Notes: generated by a model from the letters alone, not told the origin. Shown: positions 9,815-22,676, counted from the first letter of the stretch. The stretch is 64,000 nucleotides of DNA from an uncultured bacterium (GCA_964499705.1 CAZCME010000004.1:1-64000), one strand, 5' to 3'. Program-made: numbers and translations.

Positions 9815-10993
9815 TCAGACCGCGGCGCGAAATTTTTCATAGTGCGGCGAGAGATCTCTGAGGCGCGCCACTTCCTCCGTGACACGACGAATGACGTAGT
9901 CGATTTCCTCGTCCGATGTGGCGCGTCCTAGACCGAAGCGGATGGATGCATGAACCATTTCATCGGGCAGGCCGATCGCCTTCAGCACGTGCGACGGCTT
10001 GAGAGAAGCGGACGTGCAGGCCGAACCTGTCGACAAAGCGATATCGTGCAGGCTGATGAGGAGCGCCTCCCCTTCGGCATGGGCAAACGACATGTTCAGA
10101 TTGCCGGGAAGGCGCCGGTCCGGATGTCCGTTCAGACGGGCGTGTGGAATCCGGCGCATCAGTTCGGACCGGAGGTGTTCCCTCATGCGAACAAGCCGGG
10201 CGGATTCGGATTCGAGCTCGGACAGGGCGATCCGGAGGGCGGCTCCCATGCCCGCGATCGCGGGCACATTGAGCGTTCCGGATCTCAGGCCTCGCTCATG
10301 GCCGCCGCCATGCATGAGCGGTTCGATCTTGTCCGCGAATTCCTTCCGGATCGTGCAGAAACCGGCTCCCTTGGGGCCGTAGAATTTATGCGCGGACGCG
10401 GAAAGCGAGTCGATCTTCAGAGCTTCGGCATCGATCGGGATTTTCCCCACCGCCTGGGCCGCGTCCGTATGAAAAAATATGCCTCTCTCGCGGCAGATGC
10501 TGCCGAAGACGGCGATGTCATTGATCGTGCCGATCTCGTTGTTGGCCATGATGACGGAAACAAGCAGCGTTTCGGGGCGGATCGCCTCCTGAAGTTTATC
10601 CGGATCGAGACGGCCGTCGGGATCGACAGGGAGAATCGTAACCGAGAATCCGCGCGCTTCGAGAGCGCACAGGGTATCAAGAACCGCGCGGTGTTCGACG
10701 GCGGTCGCGATGAGATGAGCCGGCGCGCCATGACGTGCCGCGATGCCTTTCAAGACGAGGTTCACGGCTTCCGTTGCGCCTGAAGTGAAGACGACTTCTT
10801 TTTCGTGCACGTTGACCGCGCGGGCGCAGATCTCGCGCGCTTCTTCCACGGCCGCCTTCGCCTCCCAGCCGAAGCTGTGATTTCTCGATGCGGGATTGCC
10901 GTAGATCCGGCTGAAATAAGGAAGCATGGTCTCGAGGACGCGGGAATCGACGGGCGTTGTGGAGTGATGATCGAGGAAGATCGGGAGCTTCAG
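9815..10993 (-). CDS. iscS: Cysteine desulfurase; apparent CTG start at 10993
   Basis: In-frame (L)KLPIFLDHHSTTPVD lies upstream of the ORF-track ATG; FTSGATE, HTDAAQ, SAHKFYGPKG, STGSAC. Confidence 0.95.
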   Translation of the reverse strand: MKLPIFLDHHSTTPVDSRVLETMLPYFSRIYGNPASRNHSFGWEAKAAVEEAREICARAVNVHEKEVVFTSGATEAVNLVLKGIAARHGAPAHLIATAVEHRAVLDTLCALEARGFSVTILPVDPDGRLDPDKLQEAIRPETLLVSVIMANNEIGTINDIAVFGSICRERGIFFHTDAAQAVGKIPIDAEALKIDSLSASAHKFYGPKGAGFCTIRKEFADKIEPLMHGGGHERGLRSGTLNVPAIAGMGAALRIALSELESESARLVRMREHLRSELMRRIPHARLNGHPDRRLPGNLNMSFAHAEGEALLISLHDIALSTGSACTSASLKPSHVLKAIGLPDEMVHASIRFGLGRATSDEEIDYVIRRVTEEVARLRDLSPHYEKFRAAV

Positions 10994-11024
10994 GACCCGA
11001 TACGGAGGATGGATGCGACGCGGT

Positions 11025-11507
11025 TCACGCGTTGGCTCCGACCGCCTCCGCCTCCTCTAGTCGCGGTTTCGGCCAGAGCAGATCCCGTGTTCCCGCAAGT
11101 TCCGCCAGCGAGATGTTTCCCAGGGTCTGATGGAGGACGCGATGAAGCTCGTTGACGGGACGCCGGACCGGACATCGATCCATATATTCGCAATCACGAT
11201 TATGTCCGGCATGCGGCGCCATAGGTATGCAGTCGGCCAGTTGAAACGGACCCTCGATTGCCTCGATGATGCGGGAAAGGTTGAGCTTGGACGGTTCGAG
11301 CGATAGCAGGTAACCGCCATGAACGCCGCGGAGCGACCGGACGATCTCATGCTTGGCCAAAGTCTTCAGGATGCCGGCGGTGATGGGGAGCGGTAAACCG
11401 TAGGTCCGAGCCACGTCGCGAGCGCTCGTCAGTTCTCCCGGCAGCGCATGAGCCAGATGCGCCAGGATGATGAGCGAGTAATCGAGCTTCTTAGAGATCC
11501 TTAACAC
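11025..11507 (-). CDS. Rrf2-family transcriptional regulator (IscR-like, three Cys)
   Basis: wHTH with SLRGVHGGY.L, IIEAIEG and C-terminal C..C..C; first gene of the isc operon. Confidence 0.9.
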   Translation of the reverse strand: MLRISKKLDYSLIILAHLAHALPGELTSARDVARTYGLPLPITAGILKTLAKHEIVRSLRGVHGGYLLSLEPSKLNLSRIIEAIEGPFQLADCIPMAPHAGHNRDCEYMDRCPVRRPVNELHRVLHQTLGNISLAELAGTRDLLWPKPRLEEAEAVGANA

Positions 11508-11515
11508 GAAGGCAA

Positions 11516-11544
11516 AATATAGTAAATATTGGTCCTAATTGCAA
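11516..11544 (-). promoter_or_regulatory. Sigma70 promoter of the isc operon (near-leaderless), with an AT-rich spacer that may be an Rrf2 operator
   Basis: Minus strand TTGCAA-N17-TATATT, then 8 nt to GTG. Confidence 0.55.
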
Positions 11545-11615
11545 GCAAAAAGGAGGCTGCTCATCGGCCTCGTTTGAAGGCGAAATTTCCTAATGCGCCG
11601 GATAAACGACACAAC

Positions 11616-12923
11616 TCATTTATTTTGAATGATGGAATGTTGGCCGCTTCGTCCATCCGTGGACTCCCGCGGCACTTCCCCCATCCGTGGGGGTCGGAGA
11701 ATGTCACCCAGGTAACGCTCGGTTTCGATCGCGGCCATGCAGCCCATTCCAGCCGCTGTAACGGCCTGGCGATAATAATGGTCTTTCACATCGCCTGCGG
11801 CAAAGACACCTGGTATCTCGGTGACCGTCCTGCCGCCGTCGGGCGTCTCGATGTAGCCGGCCGCATTAAGCGTCAGCTGATCCTTGAACAATTCCGTATT
11901 GGGTGTGTGACCGATCGCGACGAAGAAACCTCCGAAGGATTGCTCCGAGATCTCCCCCGTCTTGACATTCTTCAGTCGAAGAGCCGTCATCTTCGTGCCG
12001 TCGCCCTTTACCTCTTCGATCACGGTCGACCAGAGCACATTTATCTTCGGATGATTCAGCACACGATCCTGCATGACTTTGGAGGCGCGAAATTCATCAC
12101 GACGATGAATGACGGTGACGGACTTGCCGAAGTTCGTGAGGTAGAGCGCTTCCTCCATGGCGGTATCGCCTCCGCCGGCGACCGCGATATCTTCGCCGCG
12201 GAAGAAGAATCCGTCGCAGGTCGCGCATGCCGAAACTCCCGCTCCGCCATATCCCTTCGGTGCCGGCTCCTCGCCGGACACGCCCAGCCACTTCGCGGAG
12301 GCTCCGGTCGCAATGATGACGGCGTGGGCCCGATACGTCGTGCCCGACACGATCACGCGCTTCGGATTCGCCCGTAGATCGACCTGCTCCACGGTGTCAT
12401 CGATGATCTCCGTCCCGAATCTCGCGGCCTGCTCCCGGAAGAGCGCCATGAGCTCGGGGCCCTGGATTCCCTTCGGAAAGCCGGGATAATTTTCGACATC
12501 AGTCGTGATCATCAGCTGACCGCCGGGCTGGAGACCGGAGAAGAGAAGCGGCTGCAAGTTCGCACGCGAAGCATACAGGCCCGCGGTGTAACCGGCCGGG
12601 CCCGCGCCGATGATGATGACTTTATGGATGATCGCATCGTCGCTCTTCTTCCGACTTTTTCTTTCAGGCTCGACTCCGAGGAGAGCGTCGAGCTTTCCTT
12701 CCTCATCCAGAGCATGCATCCCGTCGCAGTCTCCGACGTATTTTCCATCCGCGAAGATCTGCGGCACGGTGCGCCCTCCTCCCAGGCGCTGCATCTCCGC
12801 GCGGGCGTACATATCGGCTTCCACGTCGATTTCCTCGTACGAAACGCCCTTCCTGTCGAGGAGCGCCTTGGCGCGGACACAGTAGGGACAATCTTCCTTG
12901 CTATAGATCGTGATTTTCTTCAT
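11616..12923 (-). CDS. trxB: Glutaredoxin (CPYC)-thioredoxin reductase fusion
   Basis: N-terminal Grx3-like domain (CPYC, RTVPQIF); then GAGPAG, GGQL, VSACATCDG, GGGDTAMEE, HRRDEFRA, YRQAVTAAG. Confidence 0.92.
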   Translation of the reverse strand: MKKITIYSKEDCPYCVRAKALLDRKGVSYEEIDVEADMYARAEMQRLGGGRTVPQIFADGKYVGDCDGMHALDEEGKLDALLGVEPERKSRKKSDDAIIHKVIIIGAGPAGYTAGLYASRANLQPLLFSGLQPGGQLMITTDVENYPGFPKGIQGPELMALFREQAARFGTEIIDDTVEQVDLRANPKRVIVSGTTYRAHAVIIATGASAKWLGVSGEEPAPKGYGGAGVSACATCDGFFFRGEDIAVAGGGDTAMEEALYLTNFGKSVTVIHRRDEFRASKVMQDRVLNHPKINVLWSTVIEEVKGDGTKMTALRLKNVKTGEISEQSFGGFFVAIGHTPNTELFKDQLTLNAAGYIETPDGGRTVTEIPGVFAAGDVKDHYYRQAVTAAGMGCMAAIETERYLGDILRPPRMGEVPRESTDGRSGQHSIIQNK

Positions 12924-12981
12924 CGGCGGAGGATATCGCCGGAAGAACCTTGATTCAACGCTCCATGCACGCGGATAGTAG

Positions 12982-13133
12982 TTCCCCATCCGATAGCGGG
13001 ATATTTAACAGGATGGGCAGGATTTGAGAGGAATGAAAATCACTTCCCGATAACGGGCCTAAATTGCCTTTTCATCGACCCTGAATCGATCCTGCCTAGC
13101 CTGTTCATCCTGTTATTATTTATTGATGGGGAA
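12982..13133. repeat. About 150-bp element of nested inverted repeats
   Basis: TTCCCCATC/GATGGGGAA, TAACAGGATG/CATCCTGTTA, GGCAGGAT/ATCCTGCC and ATGAAAA/TTTTCAT are nested in order. Confidence 0.65.
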
Positions 13134-13156
13134 GTTCTGGTGCAAAAATCAAAGGT

Positions 13157-14038
13157 TCAGTGCTCGACAAATCGGGGCGGATAATGCGCCGGGTGTCCAG
13201 AAATCTTGATTCGCGCGAAATAATTCACGAGACTCCGTATCTGCTCTTCCGTAAGCGGTCCGCCGTGCTGGTCCGAGAAACCAGGCATCATCGGACTGCC
13301 CGTTCCTTTGGAGATCATATCTCGATAATAACTGAGCGGCTTGCCGACGAGATATTTTCCCGCGGTGATGGCGGCCGCGCCATGAACCACCGGATGGCTA
13401 TCGCTGCCATGGCACATCGCGCAGGCGGCTTCGTAAAGGTCCGCGCCGAATTTTCCGACAGCCGGGTCCACGTGACACGGACGGCAAGCAGAATCGAAGA
13501 TGCTCTGTCCTGGTTTTCTTGCGGGCATGTTCATCATGCTCATCGCGCGGATCGGCGTGTCGTCCGCGTGCTTGCGCACGGCCGTCGTGTCTCGTTGAAC
13601 CGGCACAGCGATGGACTTTGCCGTGTCCTCGACGACCCTGATATCGATCGTCAGCTGAATTTCCGCGCTGTCGGGCGCGTTCGTCGATACGAATACGGTC
13701 TTGACGATATCACCCCGCTTTCCCATCGAATTGAATTCGACAAATACTGCCGCGGTTTCGCCCGGGAGGATCAGATCTTTCGTGGTTCCGGATTTCGTGC
13801 AGCCGCAGGATGCGTGAACGTCGGTGATGACAAGCGTCTCTCCGCCTGCGTTTTGAAAGGGAAACGCATGTTCGACGATCGCACCTTCGACCACCGTACC
13901 GAAATCCCAGGACAGATGATCGAACCGGATCCTGGCGCCCTTCAACGCGGGTATTTCCTCCGCGTTCAACCAGACCATGGTTCCCGGCATGACCAGGATG
14001 AAAACCATCCCGAGAAGAAGTGATAATCGCCGATTCAC
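13157..14038 (-). CDS. Exported DUF1573-type Ig-like domain fused to a diheme cytochrome c
   Basis: Signal/TM segment; WDFG.V.EG....H.F.F.N.G...L.I..V.ASCGCT; CRPCH and CAMCH heme motifs; MMPGF. Confidence 0.75.
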   Translation of the reverse strand: MNRRLSLLLGMVFILVMPGTMVWLNAEEIPALKGARIRFDHLSWDFGTVVEGAIVEHAFPFQNAGGETLVITDVHASCGCTKSGTTKDLILPGETAAVFVEFNSMGKRGDIVKTVFVSTNAPDSAEIQLTIDIRVVEDTAKSIAVPVQRDTTAVRKHADDTPIRAMSMMNMPARKPGQSIFDSACRPCHVDPAVGKFGADLYEAACAMCHGSDSHPVVHGAAAITAGKYLVGKPLSYYRDMISKGTGSPMMPGFSDQHGGPLTEEQIRSLVNYFARIKISGHPAHYPPRFVEH

Positions 14039-14118
14039 GCGTTAATCGTACGACGGCGGATAGGGAGGGTCAATCCCTCCGGGCACGCCGCAGAAAACGC
14101 GATGTCGCCGCCGAACAG

Positions 14119-15207
14119 TTACAGGGACTGGGCGGCGAGCTTGGGTTTGCGGTCCGCGGTGTAGAGACCCCAGTGCTTTTCAACCTCCAGGGGACCCGAC
14201 GCGGTTCCTCCGCCCTTCCAGTTCTCATCGAACGCTTCGAACCAGAAGGTCGTGACTTTTCGTTCGTCGATCCATCCGGAAAGAGCCTCATAGAACGCCT
14301 TCTGTGCCTTCTCGTTCACCTCGCCCTTGATGAGCGTCCCCTGGTCGCCGGGGCCCTTCTTCGAAGCATTGTAGGTGGTGGCCCATCCCGCTTCGCCTAT
14401 CACGAGCATCTTGCCGGGATGCAATGCCTGGATCCCGGAATAGTTCTTCTCCATCCAGGGGATCGCCTCCGCAAGTTTCTGGCCGTTCCACATCGCATAG
14501 AGATGCACGACGATGAAATCCACTTCCTCCGCCATGCTCCTGCTTTCCTCCTTGTTCCAGAAATTGTAATCGTCAGCGGTCGTCACCGGCTGCGTCACGT
14601 TGTTTCTCACCGCGCGGATGGCTTTCAGGAGAAGATTCCGGTCCGTCCTGTGAAACGACCAGGAGACCTGCGTTTCGTTGCCGACATTGATGCCGATCAC
14701 GATATCGGAATATTCCTTCGCCAGTCGAACGGCATTTTCCACCTGCGTCTTGTTTCCCTTCGCAGCCCAGTCGAATTTATCGGGCGGAGCGATCCAGACG
14801 CCGAGCATGACCCGGATGGGAAGATGGTTCTTCCGGATCACTTTCAGAACGAGTTCACTCACCTCGGATGAATCATAGAGCCGGATGTGTTTCCAATTCT
14901 TACCGATCAGCTGCAGGTCCGACAGGATCTCCCCTTCCGTCGGCCCCTTCTGTCCAGGTTCCTGACCGTCGCGAAACGGACCGTAGGAAATCGCGTGTCC
15001 GAGCCATTCCTCCCCGATGAACGGCTTGAATTCCCGCGCGGTGTAATTCGCCTCCCGAGCGATTTCCTTCATCGCATCGAACGAGAAAGGTTCCGCGACT
15101 TTCGGAGGCGGCCCCGGAGCAGGTGCCGGCTTTTGCTCACCGCCGGATCCGCCACAGGCGGAAAGAACAAGACAAGACAGAATCAGGCCACGAAACAGCT
15201 TCGTCAT
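14119..15207 (-). CDS. Glycoside hydrolase family 17-like lipoprotein
   Basis: LSA-C lipobox; ISYGPFR.GQ, IRLY, INVGNE, IGEAGW, FEAFDENWK, EKHWGLY; SD GGAGGT before ATG 15207. Confidence 0.85.
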   Translation of the reverse strand: MTKLFRGLILSCLVLSACGGSGGEQKPAPAPGPPPKVAEPFSFDAMKEIAREANYTAREFKPFIGEEWLGHAISYGPFRDGQEPGQKGPTEGEILSDLQLIGKNWKHIRLYDSSEVSELVLKVIRKNHLPIRVMLGVWIAPPDKFDWAAKGNKTQVENAVRLAKEYSDIVIGINVGNETQVSWSFHRTDRNLLLKAIRAVRNNVTQPVTTADDYNFWNKEESRSMAEEVDFIVVHLYAMWNGQKLAEAIPWMEKNYSGIQALHPGKMLVIGEAGWATTYNASKKGPGDQGTLIKGEVNEKAQKAFYEALSGWIDERKVTTFWFEAFDENWKGGGTASGPLEVEKHWGLYTADRKPKLAAQSL

Positions 15208-15261
15208 AAAGGAGACCTCCAGTCGCCGTGCAACCGGATCATGCAGGATCAAGCACCTTAT

Positions 15262-15275
15262 TGCAAGCGCTTGCA
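15262..15275. promoter_or_regulatory. LacI-family operator-like palindrome
   Basis: Perfect 14-bp palindrome TGCAAGCGCTTGCA matching TGNAANCGNTTNCA, about 55 bp upstream of the GH17 start. Confidence 0.7.
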
Positions 15276-15330
15276 CTACATCCTGCCGGGAAATCCAAGA
15301 CGGTGGCTCCCATGGCCTCCGCCGAAGTCC

Positions 15331-16401
15331 TCATTCAAGGGAGGGAAGATCGGCGCCTTTACCGGAGTAAACCTGCAGGACCGCATCCAGAGCGGCACGG
15401 CCTTCATGACCGTCGGAGAGCGAGGGCCGACTCGAATCGTAGGCATCCATCAATTCATCCACGATGAAGGGGAAGTAATCATCGGGCTTCCAACCGACGG
15501 GAAAAACGCGTTCCGAGAACTCGGTGAAACCTTCATACCGGGGACTGGGGCCGACCGTCCAGAGTCGCAGTACCGCGTTGCCGATTTGGATTCGCCCCCG
15601 GGAACACTGGATGTCGAGTTCGAAGTTGAAATACTTGCGACGGCCGCCGCATTCCACGAAGACAATCCCCCCATTAGCCAGCCGCATCACAGCGTATCCC
15701 GTGTCTTCCACCAGGAGATCCGGATTTTTACGCTCTGTTCGGCCGCTGATGGCGGCGATCTCTCCACAAAGATACCGGATCGCATCAAAGAGATGCGTGC
15801 CGTCATGCAGAGTCGGGCCTCCGCCAGAAACCTCGGGCCGCGCATGCCAGTCAGGATGAGGCGCGCCGGTCAGTACGTTTCCAATGACGGTGCGAACCTC
15901 GCCGATTTCCCCGGAGCTTATGATCCTCCTGGCCTCTCGAAATATCCTGGACCAGCGCCGCTCGTGATGCACACCGAGCACGGCGCCCTCGGCCAGGCAG
16001 ACCTCGATCATCCGATCCGCCTCCGCCAGCGTCCGCGCCATCGGCTTTTCGCACAGGATGATGGAGGCTCCCGCGCGCGCGGCCGCGATCGTGATCTCCG
16101 CATGGCTGTCGGTATAGGTCGCGATGCTCACGATATCCGGCCGCATCTCCTCCAGCATCTGCCGATGATCCGCATACACGCGGAAAGCGGGCAAGCCCCA
16201 GTCGCAGGCGAACTCCGCCCGGCGCGAAGCGCGACGATCGCAGCCCGCGATGAGCCGGACGCGAGGATGAGCAGCGTAGATGCCCGCGTGCGTGCTGGGC
16301 TGATGGCGCAACTTGTCGCGAGCGAGAAGGCTTCCCACGCGGCCGCAGCCGATGACCGCGGCCGTGTAGGGACGCGTATCTCCCTTGCTGCGCAAAGCCA
16401 T
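15331..16401 (-). CDS. Gfo/Idh/MocA-family oxidoreductase
   Basis: VIGCGRVG, ILCEKPMA, GGGPTLHDGTHLFD. Confidence 0.9.
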   Translation of the reverse strand: MALRSKGDTRPYTAAVIGCGRVGSLLARDKLRHQPSTHAGIYAAHPRVRLIAGCDRRASRRAEFACDWGLPAFRVYADHRQMLEEMRPDIVSIATYTDSHAEITIAAARAGASIILCEKPMARTLAEADRMIEVCLAEGAVLGVHHERRWSRIFREARRIISSGEIGEVRTVIGNVLTGAPHPDWHARPEVSGGGPTLHDGTHLFDAIRYLCGEIAAISGRTERKNPDLLVEDTGYAVMRLANGGIVFVECGGRRKYFNFELDIQCSRGRIQIGNAVLRLWTVGPSPRYEGFTEFSERVFPVGWKPDDYFPFIVDELMDAYDSSRPSLSDGHEGRAALDAVLQVYSGKGADLPSLE

Positions 16402-16413
16402 TCCCCGGATGCC

Positions 16414-17028
16414 TCAGCCGTGCCCGATGGGTACCGCGATCGGGCCGTATCGATAGATGAGAACGAGCAGCAGCACGAGCGGGAGCGCGGCGAGGCCGAG
16501 ATAGGCCACGGCGCGAGGCGCCACCGTCTTGTGGATCTTGAGGGTCGCCAGGTACAGGAGAATCATGATGTAAACCCACGGGCCGACGGAGATGATGGAG
16601 CGTGAAACGGGCGTCATCTGCTCGCCGAAGTCGACGAACTTGATGACGGTGATAGGGACCGCGGTGATGGCCAGCGCGATCGAGCCCGTCAGAATGAACG
16701 CGAGAACCGTCGGTAGAAGCCTCGCTTTTCCGCCCAGAAGCGTCGCTGTGACGCTGACAAGAAATCCATAAAGCGCCAGGATGACGATGGCCGCGACGTA
16801 ACCAACCAGAGCCAGGGCCAGGCGTTCCAGGAAAACGACGGGCGTCATGTGAAAGAGATCTCTCGCCAGGACGAACGCGGCCCAGAGGAGCGTCCAGACG
16901 GCGCCGGTCGTGGCGACGAAGACGACATCCAGAACAGGATTGTAGGAAGCGATCGCGGAAAAAGCCCGCTCCGGCTTGGTCACGGCACGGGAGACCAGGT
17001 ACATGATGCGGGAAAATATCTGCTTCAT
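16414..17028 (-). CDS. Yip1-like multi-pass membrane protein
   Basis: About 5 hydrophobic segments, KPERAF N-terminal motif, LLGGKA; ATGA overlap with the panC stop. Confidence 0.6.
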   Translation of the reverse strand: MKQIFSRIMYLVSRAVTKPERAFSAIASYNPVLDVVFVATTGAVWTLLWAAFVLARDLFHMTPVVFLERLALALVGYVAAIVILALYGFLVSVTATLLGGKARLLPTVLAFILTGSIALAITAVPITVIKFVDFGEQMTPVSRSIISVGPWVYIMILLYLATLKIHKTVAPRAVAYLGLAALPLVLLLVLIYRYGPIAVPIGHG

Positions 17029-17876
17029 GAAATTCGGATTTCTCCTCCCGTCCACCGGAGATTATCGATGAGCCTGGTTGCGCCCAGGCGAGCCGCCGCC
17101 GCAAGAATGACCTCGCCCTCCACGCGCGACAAGGCCTGGTTATCGTCCACGCTCTTCAATGTCTCCAGGCTCCGCAGATCCGCATATTCCGTCTCGAATC
17201 CATGGACCGCCAGATGTTTCCTCACGCGGCGCGTGATCTCTCCCGCGCGCGCGCCTTCCATCGCGGCCTCCCGGCCCTTTGTAAGAGCTCTGTACAGTTC
17301 CGGCGCCCGGGACCTTTCGTTCGGAGTGAGATAGGCGTTGCGCGATGACATCGCGAGCCCATCTTCCTCTCGAACTGTATCCACGGCAATCACGGTCACG
17401 TTCATATCCAGATCGGCAGCCATGCGGCGAATAATGAGAAACTGTTGGGCGTCCTTCCATCCGAAAAACGCAAGGCGAGGTTCGAGAATCCCGAAGAAGC
17501 GGGCGACCACCGTGGCGACGCCGTCGAAATGCCCGGGCCGGAACGATCCGCACATGCAGGCTGCCAGCTCGGGCACGGCCACCACGGTCGAAAATCCGGG
17601 CGGATACATTTCTTCCGCGGTCGGAAGAAAGACCGCATCCACACCTTCCCTCTCGCAGAGCGCCAGGTCCGCTTCCTCCTGGCGGGGATATCGGGAAAAA
17701 TCCTCCCCGGGACCGAATTGTGTCGGATTGACAAATATGGAGAGGACCAGCGGGAGCCCGCTATTCTTTGCGGCTCGCGCCAGCGCCGCGTGACCTTCAT
17801 GAAGCGCTCCCATCGTGGGAACGAAAGCGCATCCCCTCCATGAATGTGCTTCCGCGATGACTCGCACGATCTTCAC
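17025..17876 (-). CDS. panC: Pantoate-beta-alanine ligase
   Basis: FVPTMGALHEGH, SIFVNPTQF, RPGHFDGV, KDAQQ, GLAMSSRN, RLIDN. Confidence 0.97.
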   Translation of the reverse strand: MKIVRVIAEAHSWRGCAFVPTMGALHEGHAALARAAKNSGLPLVLSIFVNPTQFGPGEDFSRYPRQEEADLALCEREGVDAVFLPTAEEMYPPGFSTVVAVPELAACMCGSFRPGHFDGVATVVARFFGILEPRLAFFGWKDAQQFLIIRRMAADLDMNVTVIAVDTVREEDGLAMSSRNAYLTPNERSRAPELYRALTKGREAAMEGARAGEITRRVRKHLAVHGFETEYADLRSLETLKSVDDNQALSRVEGEVILAAAARLGATRLIDNLRWTGGEIRIS

Positions 17877-17887
17877 GGAACCTTCGG

Positions 17888-21202
<3,315 letters not shown>

Positions 21203-21206
<4 letters not shown>

Positions 21207-21670
21207 GCGCGAACTCCGGTCGCAGCCTGCAGCATGGACGTGGTGGACCGGCCGGGAAGAAGGTCGACGCGATGGACCTGTCCTCCCCAGGACAGAACCT
21301 CCGGCTCGCCGACAATCCTGCCCGCGCCGTAGTCCGCGCCTTTGACAAGCACATCCGGTCGGACGACCATGATCAATTCCAACGGCGTGTCTTCATCGAA
21401 CACGTCGACACGATCCACATACTTGATGGCTTCCAGCACGGATAATCTGTCCAGCACGGAATTCACGGGTCGTCCCGGACCCTTCAGCCGTGCGACGGAA
21501 GCATCGGAGTTCAAGCCGACAAGCAGGTAATCTCCCATGCGCCGGGCACGACGCAGAAGCTCGATATGCCCCGCGTGAAGAATGTCGAAACATCCGTTCG
21601 TGAAGACGATCTTCCTGCCGGAGCCGCGGATTTTGCCGCACTCATCGGCCAGGAGAATCCTGTCAGTCAT
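21203..21670 (-). CDS. rfaE2: ADP-heptose synthase, adenylyltransferase domain (RfaE2/HldC)
   Basis: VFTNGCFDILHAGH, GLNSDASV.RLKG..RP, LVKGADY, STT. Confidence 0.93.
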
Positions 21671-22676
21671 GCGCTTGCCCCAGATCGCGCAGCTTTCCGT
21701 CGAGTTCTTCGCGAGAGGCCACGGCGGTACCGCGCTTGCCGACCACGATCCCGGCGGCGGCATTGGCGATGCGCGCGCCAACCGGCAGCGATGCGCCGCA
21801 CGCCAATGCGAGGCCGAGCGCGGCGACGACCGTGTCGCCCGCGCCCGTGACGTCGTATACTTCACGGGCCACGGTCGGAATCTTCAGGATCCCCTCATCA
21901 TTGATGAGCGCCATCCCGGCCTCGCCGCGCGTCACAAGCAGCGACGCCCGCCCCAGTTTCTCCCGCACCGCCCGGGCCGTTTCGAAAAGTTCCTCCTCGT
22001 TCCGGATGCGGCGGCCCGATACGCGTTCCAACTGGAGATGATTCGGCGTCACGACGGTGGCATCGCCGTACCGGTAGAAGTGAAGAACGTTCGGATCGAC
22101 GACCACCGGCTTGCCGGCGGCTCGAAAAGCGTCCACGGCGCGATGGAGCAGATCGGCGGTGATGACTCCCTTGTCATAATCCGAAATGACGAGCGCATGA
22201 CAATGGCGCACGGAGCCTTCGATGCGCCGGCCGAGTTCCTCGGCATGTTCGGCGGCAATCGCCTTCACGGTCTCGGAATCGATCCTGACAATCTGCTGCG
22301 TCCGCGCCGCGACGCGCTGCTTCAGCGTGGTCGGCCGTTCCTCCGCGACCACGATTCCCTCGCATCCGATTCCGCCTTCCCGGGCGAGTTCGACGAAGCG
22401 ATCCGCGGTATCGTCGTTGCCGACGATCGAAAAAAGCTGAACGTGGCCGCCCAGAGACGCGATGTTGCGGGCCACGTTACCGGCGCCTCCCAGTGTCTGC
22501 GTCCGGGATTCCACTTCCAGCACGGGCACGGGAGCTTCCGGTGAAATGCGGGAAACCCGGCCGTAGATGTATTCGTCGAGAATGACGTCGCCGAGAACGG
22601 CAATCGTCTTCTCAGGAAATTCAGTGAGAATTCCGGATTCCCTGGCGCGCGAATCGGAAACGCCCGCGGCGGTCAC
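21663..22676 (-). CDS. rfaE1: Heptose-7-phosphate kinase (RfaE1/HldA)
   Basis: GDVILDEY..G.V.RISPEAPVP, SDYDKG, TPN, DVTGAGDT; likely GTG start at 22676. Confidence 0.93.
   Translation of the reverse strand: MTAAGVSDSRARESGILTEFPEKTIAVLGDVILDEYIYGRVSRISPEAPVPVLEVESRTQTLGGAGNVARNIASLGGHVQLFSIVGNDDTADRFVELAREGGIGCEGIVVAEERPTTLKQRVAARTQQIVRIDSETVKAIAAEHAEELGRRIEGSVRHCHALVISDYDKGVITADLLHRAVDAFRAAGKPVVVDPNVLHFYRYGDATVVTPNHLQLERVSGRRIRNEEELFETARAVREKLGRASLLVTRGEAGMALINDEGILKIPTVAREVYDVTGAGDTVVAALGLALACGASLPVGARIANAAAGIVVGKRGTAVASREELDGKLRDLGQAHD

Noticed and set aside
9815-10927. ORF-track starts for iscS and several others (rlmB 18847, hldC 21865, hldA 22877, yggS 56541, giant 2 51762, thiD 51849)
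   Set aside because: Homology boundaries, SD or -10 positions and gene overlaps support different start codons.
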